Below are positions 12,443-23,610 of a DNA stretch of 64,000 bases, piece by piece. The stretch spans positions 11,904,001 through 11,968,000 of the forward strand of contig NW_025963924.1 in NCBI RefSeq assembly GCF_023055435.1, given 5' to 3'. The notes under the pieces were generated by a model. That model ran no database searches. It worked only from the letters and a program-made list of their open reading frames with translations, and had not been told where the DNA came from. A program made the position numbers and the translations under genes. This DNA comes from Haliotis rufescens. Taxonomy: Eukaryota. Within the stretch, counting starts at the first letter, position 1; each line of letters opens with the position of its first letter.

Positions 12443-14100
12443 CAAGTCAAGTCAAAGATGTTTATTGTATCAAAGGCCATCGGCCCATATACAAGTTCAG
12501 ATAAATACAGTGGGTGAGAATTTACAGATTGGGAGATACAACAAAAATTATATAAATATAACATTCATTTAACAATCGGTGATAATCATGAGGGCTTTCT
12601 AGGGTGAGGTAATTAAAATTATGAATTTCCACTCAACATGTTATTTCGTAGTTCCATCCCATGTTTTACAAATAAAGACAGTTTAAACATTACATCGGCA
12701 TCATTCGATGACAAAATAGAAACAAAAGCTATTCTACTCGTCTTAGATAAGAAACATTCTGGTATATATTTAGTACGTAATTCTGCATAATAAGGACATT
12801 CAAAGGTAAAATGTATTTCGTCTTCTATTGCAGAGTTACAGAATGGACAAATTCTTTGTATTCTTTCAAGTGATATATTCCGTCCATAGTTAATCATAAG
12901 TTTTGACAAGCCAAGTCTGTATTTAATATATCCATTTCTTAGGTGACTATTTGTTAAAACTGATAGATATTTTTCTGGCTCTAATAGAGTCTTAAATGTT
13001 CTGTACAAATCATAACGTGAACTATTTTCCAAGTTGCATTGCCACCCTTGATAGAACATATTTATTGCTATTTTACGAAAATCATTTAGAAATAAATGTT
13101 GATCACCAACAGATTGGTTAAGCCATATATACCCATATCCATGTGAGAATAATAGTGTCCTAATATGCGATACCCATGTAACCTTACCGATACTATCTAA
13201 ATGAAAGAGCATGTTATAAGCTTTTTTCGGAAGCCGATGTTCTGGCATACGGATGATATTAAACCAATATTTTAAACACCTTATTTGTGAATTAATGTAA
13301 AGTGGGTATCTTCCACATTCTCCATATATCATATTATTTGGTGTTGCTATTCCAACGCGAAGAAACTTTTTACATGCCAGTAGGTGAATTCTTTCTAAAC
13401 ATTCATATCTTCGGTAACCCCACACTTCAGATCCATACAATAAAATTGGCTGTATTTGAGTATCAAATAATTTGAAAAATACTTTTGGAGTAATAACTCC
13501 AAGTTTATGTGAAACAGACATTATATTAAGTAAAGCTCGTTTCCCTCGCAGTGATAAGTCAGATACACATTTGTTCATATTTAGTGTTGAATTAAACATT
13601 ATGCCGAGATACTTATAACCATTAACTACATTAATTTGTTGTCCATTTAAGTACCATCTTTCCCTAAAATTTAAAGGACCCCCTTTTCTGAATACTATAA
13701 TTTCTGTCTTATCTAAATTTACAGATAAATTCCATTCCTTAGTATATTTATCTAATACATTCAACTGATTCTGTAGACCAATAACAGTGTCAGATAGTAA
13801 AATAACATCATCGGCAAAAAGGAGCATAAGAAGTTCAAGGATGTCAGGATACATCTGTATACCATGCTTGCCGTTACTTGAGATTTCATAATATAATTCG
13901 CTTATGAAAAACGAAAATAACAGAGGACTCAGTATACATCCCTGACGTAAACCAGATGGGCAATCGATAAAATCAGTAACACCATAATCACTACGTACAC
14001 ATGACTTGATATTTGAATACATTGATTGTAGTATATTAAACATCTTCCCTTGTAGTCCAGCTTTTCTTAAACAACACCATAATTTATAACGATCAACTGT
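12443..14100 (-). mobile_element. 5'-truncated non-LTR retrotransposon (RTEX-like LINE)
   Basis: Begins mid-RT (TVDRYKLW); 3' UTR with AATAAA and (GACTT)n tail at ~12443-12467; clade from motif recall (PILLYGSEVWG, GECGRYPL, CPFC-x-DEIHF-x-C). Confidence 0.92.
12619..14100 (-). CDS. LINE ORF2 C-terminal part: reverse transcriptase plus C-terminal Cys/His motif
   Basis: Uninterrupted ~494 codons; GLRQGCILSPLLF, LLFADD, YKYLG. Confidence 0.93.
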   Translation of the reverse strand, partial: TVDRYKLWCCLRKAGLQGKMFNILQSMYSNIKSCVRSDYGVTDFIDCPSGLRQGCILSPLLFSFFISELYYEISSNGKHGIQMYPDILELLMLLFADDVILLSDTVIGLQNQLNVLDKYTKEWNLSVNLDKTEIIVFRKGGPLNFRERWYLNGQQINVVNGYKYLGIMFNSTLNMNKCVSDLSLRGKRALLNIMSVSHKLGVITPKVFFKLFDTQIQPILLYGSEVWGYRRYECLERIHLLACKKFLRVGIATPNNMIYGECGRYPLYINSQIRCLKYWFNIIRMPEHRLPKKAYNMLFHLDSIGKVTWVSHIRTLLFSHGYGYIWLNQSVGDQHLFLNDFRKIAINMFYQGWQCNLENSSRYDLYRTFKTLLEPEKYLSVLTNSHLRNGYIKYRLGLSKLMINYGRNISLERIQRICPFCNSAIEDEIHFTFECPYYAELRTKYIPECFLSKTSRIAFVSILSSNDADVMFKLSLFVKHGMELRNNMLSGNS

Positions 14101-14186
14101 TTGTTTGGACACCTGTCCTAGGTGGAAGGTGATGCATGAAAGGATTCTATTATAACAGTATACATGTATAAGGTCTTTCTGTGATA

Positions 14187-14559
14187 GACCGCCTCAGTGG
14201 TCTAGAGGTAGAGCGTCCGCCCGGAGAGCGGAAGGTCCGGAGTTCGATCCCCGGCCGCGCCATACCAAAAGACGTTAAAAGATGGTACTTATTGTTACCC
14301 TGTCTGACGCTCGGCATTAAGGGGCTAAAGCAAGGACTGGTCGGCTCGGAGTCAGTATACTGTTGCTGAGTGGGTATTCATGTTAAACTGTGGCATGGTA
14401 TCTCAGTGAGCTAGCACTATAAATCGGCATCAGTCCAGACTAGTCCAAGCAGCCACACACACACGCACGTACATGCATGTCGCTATATAAGTGCAATAAT
14501 CTTGGACGCGACGTTAAACCAAATTTCACCTCACCCCACCTCACCTCACCTCACCTCAC
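14187..14559 (+). mobile_element. SINE family B, full length
   Basis: 12-bp TSD CTTTCTGTGATA at 14175-14186 and 14560-14571; box A/B; (CACCT)n tail. Confidence 0.95.
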
Positions 14560-15974
14560 CTTTCTGTGATACTTGACATTTGAAGCACGAGTTTGTGCTA
14601 CTTAGCAACGTTTGATTTAAACAGGGGACGTAAGTATATGTTCCACATAATACACTCTGACCCAACAGTGTCTGAAAGGTGTACCACAGATCTAGAAACA
14701 CTGGGTTTCTTTATAAAAACCTGCTATTATGTTTACGAATGGGATTGTTTGATGATTAATTAAATCTTGTAATTATACAGAGAGATTATTGTCCGAGTGT
14801 GTTTCCGTATCGCAAATGCCACATGACAGGAATACAAAAAGTATTATGCGAGCCTCTGGTATATTATACTTACGATTCAGAAACATGTGAGGGCAATTCT
14901 TTCTTTGTCATATGATGTCATTCTTAAAATAAGTTTTGTTTAAGACGTAATTTCACTCCCTGAAGTAGCTTTAGAAATTGTGTGTGACCAGACCCAATAA
15001 TGACATAGCGCTAAATGGTCTGAAGCTATGTTTATGTACACAAACACATCAAGAGTGAGTGAGTGAGTTATTATTTAACGTCACATGGGCAATATTGAAA
15101 CACATCAAGAAACCGCTATTTTTGAGAGCATTAAGCAACAGTTTATTGAGCTTATGGCAAGTATTTCCTGCTTGGCTATTCATTTGCATTCGTATTTGAT
15201 CGTAATACCAAGTTTATATCACTTGTTTATCGCATTGATAACGTGAACTATCCGTTACATGACGAAGCGGTATAGCCTTCGTTGCACATGCTGTATTGTT
15301 TGCTTCTGGTTACCTTTGTAAAGTATAGCATTTGCAAATAACGTAGCAACAGAATGAGCGGGGCGATATTGTGATACTATAATACGATGCAGTATACAGT
15401 GCTTCGGTGCAAGGAACTTACGACAAGTAGTTCCTACTTGGTTATTCATTTGCATTTTGCAAACATTGATAACACTATCCGTTACATTGAAAAAAAACGG
15501 AATAGCCTTTATTACACATACTTTATTGTTTGCATATGGCTACATTTGTAAAGTATAGCATTTGGAGATAACCTATAATAAATATATTGTTGGTGATTCT
15601 GTGGTGTTTGATTGGCTAATGAAGAAATTACTTTTGCGTTTAAGCTTCCATAAACCGAAAAAATAGGCCAAACCTACAATCTGACAACTGCTTCCTGATT
15701 GGCTTACAACAGAATGAGTGGAGCGTCTGGTGTATTATTGTGATATTATTATACAGTCGTTATGTGTTACGGATTACTTAAGCATAATATGGAGTAATTA
15801 TAGTTGACATATTTATTTGTCAGAATTGACTTCATATTTTCAGTGTGCAAACCGGGTTGTCCGTTTATACTTCACAAACAATATTGAAGATAATTCTTAA
15901 ATCCTATGAGCATTGTGTTTGATGATATAGTTTCCAGTCCTTATCTCAATTGTATTCTGTACAGCAAACTTACT

Positions 15975-16416
15975 TATAATCTTTGATATTGATATTTACG
16001 TGGTATAGACAGTATCGTGAAGTACTTGTTGCACGTGTTGCAGACGCGGATCTGTTCCTCTTGTTTTGAATGAACAATCACCACGTTTAATCTTTGATAT
16101 TGATATTTACGAGGTACAGACAGTATCGTGAAGTACGTGTTGCACGTGTTGCAGACGCGGATCTGTTCCTCTTGTTTTGAATGAACAATGACCACGTATA
16201 ATCTTTGATATTGATATTTACGTGGTATAGACAGTATCGTGAAGTACTTGTTGCACGTGTTGCAGACGCGGATCTGTTCCTCTTGTTTTGAATGAACAAT
16301 GACCACGTATAATCTTTGATATTGATATTTACGTGGTATAGACAGTATCGTGAAGTACGTGTTGCACGTGTTGCAGACGCGGATCTGTTCCTTCGTTTTG
16401 AATGAACAATGACCAC
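15975..16416. repeat. 111-bp tandem repeat, 4 copies
   Basis: AATCTTTGATATTGATATTTACG recurs at ~15978, 16089, 16200, 16311. Confidence 0.95.
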
Positions 16417-17249
16417 GCAGGATGTCCTCTAATAACCCTTTACTGATGTAAGTTGACAAGTGCACCAAGTGGTGCTGGCTCTGCAAATGGAATTTTCTGT
16501 AAATAAACAATATAAATAAATGATATTTCAAATATACGTTTGTTATCATTTGCATTTTACATTACCTTCGGAAATTAAATTATCTCACATTGACTTAAAA
16601 TTCCCCTTTAAAACACGTACTCTTTTAAAATGCTAAATGCTAATATTTACTTTCATTATTGTATGGTTGGCTTTCAAACACTTCAATTTCAAATAATAAC
16701 AGACAAATAATAATTTCCCGAGCTAAACCATGAAAATTCACCAAAAACATACCAAATGAGAAGCAAGAAAATTTTACCTTCCATAAAAATGGACTCTTCA
16801 AAAAGTTAAACAAATACGGAAAACATGGTTTAAAAACACTGATAATACGTCATTTTTACCGATTTTATCCGAATACTAAACTACATTTAATGTATTTGAA
16901 TAATACTCCTTCTAGTGCAAAATAATGTAAACAACCCATGACTACCCGCGAGTTGATAACTGACTTCTCCACGAAAACATTAAGAAAACAGCTTTGACCA
17001 TATTGCAAGAAATTACACTAACCACATTCATATTAATTCTCGAACATTATTTCTGAGAAATATTCAACATATACATATCATACCTGAACAGTGAATTCTC
17101 CCCGCAAACAAAACCTTCACTTAGAATGACACTGAATACATTGGTGTTTGTGCCTCCGTTACATGAGCTCTTCTAAAAGCAACCAATAACCAACAAATGG
17201 TATACAATTAACGGTGATCTTCACATGAAAGCTGATTCGGAAACGATTA

Positions 17250-18600
17250 AATGGGTGAGAGCCCCATAAACAAGCTCTTATCCCCTGATATAGTCTAACC
17301 AGCTACTTGAAAGTTCTATACAGCGCCCTCGCCAGTCTGTATACATATACAGGCATCACGTGTACGAAGAAGATCATATTTCGTCCTTCTCAACCAAGTT
17401 ATCACAAATACAGCGAATATCCGTTTTTCTCCAAATCAAGCCTATAATATGTATTTGGTCAGAACTTTGTATAAGCGACATATCAAAAAATGCCACATAT
17501 GAGGGAAGTAACAATTTAAATGAGGAAGAAACCTGCTGTCCAATTCTGGCTCGAATCTAACCAAGTTGAAACCTGAAGATATGTCCATTCTGTTAGACTT
17601 CAAACAATATAAACTGTACAAACAGAGATTTACTTCTGGGTCACCAAATGTTCCACCAAATCCCTGTCTCAAAGATTAACTATAATCCTTAATACAAACA
17701 AGGAAGAATTTTCTCTGTATTCATAGAAAGTATTTGAAACAAGTGGAATTGATATAATGTGAAATCTTAAAGACTCAAAGGATTTGGTTGAATTTTTAGA
17801 AAGTTAGAAAATAACCAATTTTGTCAAATAGTTTGATTATTCAAGTGTTTACATCACTATCTCTCACGATAAACTTTTGTCACTAAACCATATATATGTT
17901 CATCTCTATTGTCTGAGGTTCGGGACAATTTGTCAAAAATGAAAGCAAATCTTAGAAAATACGACATTTAAGTAAGAAGTAGGCATCCCCACTGGCACAA
18001 ATTGTGGCCCCTTCTTGCTGAGTTGTTTCTTAAGGCATATGAATCGGAATTTCTGCTCGGAATGGCAAAATCAACACAAGGAAATTTGACCAAGAAATTT
18101 AACTTAAGGTTCAGGTAATATCGATGATCTGATATCGCCTGATCAGTTTCATATTTAGAGACATGCTTAAAGATTCAGAGTGGCAAAGAAAACTTTCCTC
18201 AAGACTGTGTGACAAGAAGGATGACTACAACTTTCCAATAGTCAACTTGCCCTTTATGTCATGCAATATCTCAGCAGCTCATGCCTTTGGTGTCTACATT
18301 TCACAGTTTTTCAGGTACTACCGAGCATGCCCCATCTACGAAGATTTCAGAAAGCGTCTTTGTTACGACTCTTGCTCAAACGTTGTTTAATCAGGGTTAC
18401 ATCATTCAAAGCCTCCGAAAAGCTTTCAAACATGTGTATGGTAGATTTTGACTTGTTCCTTATGTCCCTGTGTTGTTGTTCATGGGAACAACTGACTTGC
18501 CTTTGCATGTGTTTGTGACCGTTGCAACCGGTGGGGCAGGATACGCCTACCTTTTCGCGAACACCTGGTTTCATAACTATTTGATAGCGATGCCAGACAT
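17250..18600 (+). mobile_element. Penelope-like retroelement (possibly Naiad-type) RT relic
   Basis: Degenerate GIPxGTNCxP (~17983), FRxIDD-like and DKKDDYNFPIVNLPF...AFGVYISQFFRYYRAC motifs. Confidence 0.75.
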
Positions 18601-20019
18601 GCTGATGATATAGTCGGGATCGTATAATACACTTTGCTTAAAGCTGAGGAAATCGTATTTGTCAATTTTTTATGTGTTGGACAAAGGGGACATTTAATGT
18701 CTAAAAAGAATATTAACGGTCATTCTTCTGTAATGTCTGTCTTTCATACTACAAAATCACATTGACTGTAGCTGAGGCCAGTGACCATACTTGACAGCGT
18801 TGCTTCAGCTGATGGACATATTTCGTACAATGACATCAGTGTCTGGAGTTTTTGTGCTGTAATATTTTTTGCAGAATGGACTTATAATTACAGGAGAGCA
18901 GATGCCCTGTGTGTAATGGCGACGTTGAAGGGGCACGTAGTTGGCAACGTCAAAAAAGTAACGACGACCTCTGCTTTAACTACGTGGCTGTTTTTATGGC
19001 CCGGACTCGTCGACAACTGACAAGTGTCTATTAATGGGCTCACTACAAGCCTCGCATTGATGCTTGCATTAGTAGCATCTCTGGTTTCATTCCGGGCAAA
19101 TCATAGGTCACGGAAAGAGGCGCGTTGTGACGAATGTATTGCTTGGTCAATGCAGTTTGGTTTTGTGAAAGTGTATGCTTTGACCGGTCTTTACCAGCAC
19201 CGTAAAGGCGGGGGACGCCATCATGGTTTCGTATTGTACCAATGTGAGGTATCGAATGGAACCAACTAGACCAGAACATTAAGCATCTGAGGAATAACTA
19301 TTTATGGAAGTTGAAATTAATAACCCATAAGTTTTTAACTGGAAGTCTACCCACAAACTCCTTCGGTAATCTTGATATTCTAATCCTGTTTTTTTTTCAA
19401 TTGAAGGGTTGGTCAGAGCTGTTCTTTCATTTTGCCGCTTACCAGTATATTTCACATATATATTCATGGCAAGATTCATTTTGTAACCTTGATATGCTAC
19501 CTGGCATGATATGGAAACTTTGAAAACGACTCTTACTGCAACAAAGGCATTTGCAGCCACCGACGTGTATAGTGAGGTTGATAGACGTTTCCTTTTATTA
19601 GTTTTACCATCTTGAGAGGCTAAGATGAGGGAGGTGATATTTGTCATATGCGTCCATGAACACGTGACATGGGGACGAGTCAGGCTGTTAGTGTTTGTTA
19701 TATCATCAAGTGTTCCATTCCCCTTCCCCCATCTCCGTCAACTCTTCTCCACCACAACATTCCATGGCTTCCCTCCCCGTGAACCCTTCTCCGCCACAAC
19801 CCGTGGCCTCCATCCCCTTTCATCTCTTCACTACATTAACCCATATCCCAGAGTCTCCGTCCCCGTCAACTCAACACCGCCACAATAATCGAGGGCCTCC
19901 GTCCCCGTCAACCGTAGACCGTCACATAACCCATCAAATAATCATAATATCAGGTGTTTCCGAAAATGTGAGCTTTTTTCTGCCCAACCGATGACATCCG
20001 TCACAAAGTCATGCAAAGG

Positions 20020-20700
20020 TATGTCAATTGTTTACCTGAAAAAAACTCGGTACACGTCAAAATAGGGAATTGCATCGGACATCATGTTTGTCACTAATGT
20101 GTCAAATCTGGAAATGTCCTCCACGTGTCTACCATAAACCTTTTAAAAGCTTTACTGAGGCCTTGATTGTTGTAACCTAGATCAAACAACTTCTGAGTAA
20201 GAAATGTATAACACTCTTTGAAATCTTGGTAGAAATGCATGCTCGATTGTACCTCAAAATTTGTGAAATGTAGACACCAAGGTCTGTTGTCAAGATGTTG
20301 TTCGACATCAAGCGAAAGTTAACTGTTGTCCTTCTTGTCATACATCAGTCTTGTGGAGAGTGTGAATCCTATGCATGTATCTAAATATGAAACAATTGGC
20401 TATTTGATGTTTATGGAACGGTATCAGATCATCGATATGCCTGAAACTTAAGTTAAACACATGGTAAATTAAGTTGTACTGACTTTGCCAATCCGAGCAG
20501 AAATTCTGTACGGCTTTTTATGGAGTTTTGGAAATCAGTACAAAAGAGGAATCGACATGTCTTCAGGTTTTAGAGCCAAGTCAAAAGTCGTCATGCGTGC
20601 GTGTGGCAGATATTCTTCCTTAGTTAACATTGCTGCGAGTCCATTCCCAACTTGAAACAATATGTTAATCCTGAAATCTCTATGTAACAGAACTTAGGGT
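20020..20700 (-). mobile_element. Penelope-like RT fragment
   Basis: Reverse-complement similarity to 17500-18500 (FRHIDD-like at ~20430-20450). Confidence 0.6.
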
Positions 20701-22149
20701 GAAACCAACAAACAACCTACAAATGGTATACAATTAACTAATGTATTACGAAATACAAGTTTACAAAGCGATACAAATTATTGCACAGCAATTACAATGG
20801 CAGTTAACAATAGAGTGGTCGTACAATAATCAGTGGCAAGATATAATATGATGGCAGTGGTCAGTACCACAAACAAACATACAGTGGTGATAGCAAATAA
20901 TAATATATATTCACCTAGCTGGGACTGTGGACAGGCTTCCGAGATGGGCAGGGAATTAGGGATGATGAACGATCCTCACATGGAAGCTGGTTCAAAAACC
21001 ATTAAAATGCGTGTGAGTGAGAGAATGTATGAGAGACCAAATGTTTGAGAGATGAGGCAGGCACGCTCTTGTCCCACTATAAATATATATAGTCTAAATA
21101 TAGTAACTTCCTGACAACTGCTTTTGGTTAAATGGCACTTACTTCCTGACGACTAATCACTGCCTAAATACAATGTACTGAGCGTCTACCGAATCTCTAC
21201 AGAAACAATACAACACAGCTACAACCATTGTTAAACAATAGAACAAATCACCTTATACGTGGTATTATTTAACATGTCACTAGTACCAGCTTCTTTAGGC
21301 AAACACATTTGATGTACTGATGCTTAAATATGATGGTTATGTTACTTGAGACCTTGTAGGTGGGAACAACTACAAACATTTCATGTAGGGAAGTCAAACT
21401 TTGGATGACAGCTGGCCATTGTTCCATTTCTGTTTCCCCTTTTTCAGTTTGTTCATTCTATCAATGACAACATCACGCACTAACTTAACCCACGCTGAAA
21501 GAAATTTAACAGGTTCTGCTTCTATTTTGGCCCACCTATTGGCAGCAGCAATAACGATTTTAAAGTTGTGATCCCAATTAGCAGGAGGCTGCTCAAGATA
21601 TTTTGGTCCATATTTGAAACGAAGATTGTATTGTCAATAATAGAGGAATCATCTGTGATGATATGACGTACAGGTTGGTAGCAGTATGATGAGTCTTGGC
21701 AGCCACAAGTTGTGGAATTTACATCCACGTTCTGCAACATTTTCCTAAAATATGAACAACCTGGGTGAAAATGGTGAATAGGAAAATGAAATTGTTGGTG
21801 GTCCATGACATTTGAAGTTTGTTACATACACATTTTGGGAAACTGATTTTTGTCTGATAACGTTACTTTAAGGCATCAATTCCCTTGTTTGAACATTTCA
21901 AATTCAAGAACGTTCTGTCTTTATCTGATTGAGTAGAGTCTGGTTTGGCCAAACGTTTAAAAACTATACTGTCTAGTCGATATTGTGTAAATGGAAAAGT
22001 CCAACCTTTTGAAAAGCGTGACAGGTGGATATTTTAACGTTACCTATTTTTAAAAGGTGTGGTGTTGTCACAGCTGCCAAATCATAACCCTATTCTGAAG
22101 ACCTTTTTCAGAACTAAAAACGAAACACTGAAAGTTATTTGAAAGAAGA

Positions 22150-22420
22150 GGGCGCGGGTGGCCCAGTCGTCTAAGGCGCCGCGATTCGCTGTGCAGAGTT
22201 GCGTCCTTTGGGCACGCCAGAAACCTATGATTGAAGGGTTCGAGTCGCCCCGATTTTGTTTCAAGTTTGTCAGCACCATACCCGTGCTCGTTGGTTTCAC
22301 CGAAGTGGTAAACGTCTGAGACCTGCATTACTTCGGGCTTTCCTCCCACATTTAGCTGACACGCCGTGATATAACTGGAATACTGTTAAAAGCGGTGTTA
22401 AACCAAACTCACTCACTCAC
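22150..22420 (+). mobile_element. SINE family E (tRNA-Leu-like head)
   Basis: GGTGGCCCAGTCGTCTAAGGCGC head; (ACTC)n tail; imperfect TSD TGAAAGAAGA/TGAAAAAAGA; copy at 59220-59498. Confidence 0.88.
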
Positions 22421-22959
22421 TGAAAAAAGATTATTTAACTTTATACATCTTCTTTATCTTTTATCGCTTGTTTAGTATCCTGCATTACCTCAATCCCATG
22501 GGTGCAAATAACTGACACACTAGACAGACGTTGATACTCTTACTTGTTTTATTATTTTTATTCTCTGTGGTTAACAAAAGTAAAGTAAATTTAAGACTTT
22601 GAAATATCGATAATTTGATATACCATTTACAATTGCACACTCATTATTAAAACGACAAAACTATGAAGACGTATGTCTACTCAAGATGTCTAATTTACAA
22701 TTAGATTAAAAGGTAGGTAAAAAATTGGATGCCTCCAAAGTACTTTTACAGCAATGTCAGATTATTGTGTGAGAAAAACTACCAGATATCCATGATTCTA
22801 CATCAATATATAACAAATGACTGCAGCAAATATTTATCAGCTTTAAAATACACTGACGAGAAAAAGAAACTACAATGTATACCAAAATCAGTTTCATGAG
22901 AATGTGGATTCGAATGTTCATAAATCATGTAAATATTCTGAAATTCAGGAATTTTGTCC

Positions 22960-23610
22960 CAACCATTATGGCTTAATCACAACTTCAAACAAGCAACATA
23001 CTACATAAAGCAATGGGAATATTGGAATTTACTCAATTAAACATATAGGCAATGAAAACGGTTTGATCCGATAAACGATAAACTAAAATATTCGATAAAA
23101 GGCACAATATTAGACTATAGATATGTTATCTTCAGTATACCAGAATCATGGAAAACAACAATCCAAAAAACTAGAAAAATAGTTTTACAGAATTTGTATA
23201 TAAACAGTTGCTTACGTGATCTGATGAAGCATGTTAAAGGTGCTAGAAACTTTTATGATAAATTAATATCAAATGAAAATAATCTTAAATTTTGGGAATG
23301 TAATGAAACTAAACAAATTTGGAATGATCTTGAACTTTTGCTTAATAAGTATCTTTCACAAAGAAATTAAATTGACAAAATATCTTATTGGTTTGGTTCT
23401 AACTACTCTAATACTTTAATCAATCATATAGTTTTATTAGGAAAAGGGCATATTCATGTAAGTGGAATTAAAGGAACCAAACCGAAATTAGATATCCTTT
23501 TAAAAATATTTAAAAACATATATTCAATCGAGAAATATATTGCTATAAAAAAAAAGATGACAAAAATAACTTTAACCAAAAAATGATCACCTTTATTCTC
23601 AGCATTTGAT
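22960..23610 (+). mobile_element. L1/Tx1-like LINE 3' relic
   Basis: A-rich; degenerate FWECNETKQIWNDL and LINHIVLLGKGHIH resemble the LINE ORF2 C-terminus. Confidence 0.5.

Larger units (their letters stand above)
11900..15019 (-). pseudogene. P2: divergent paralog; candidate exons 15019-14874, 14112-14101 joined to 12442-12326 (split by LINE), 12169-~11900
   Basis: VSKYLEQQEYKAFTF vs IQRYL / DYKCAFTF of P4; GRFNIVASELHS vs RRLKDVICSQVQN; SEQYIF vs SEQLIL; AG acceptors and GTAAGT/GTAAGA donors. Confidence 0.5.
19265..22760 (-). pseudogene. P3: truncated paralog (intron plus first codons MFWSS of the signal exon)
   Basis: CAG|ATGCTTAATGTTCTGGTCTAGT at 19286 matches P5/P6 exon starts; 19290-19930 resembles 26080-26650; 21960-22760 resembles 46370-46760. 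Confidence 0.65.
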
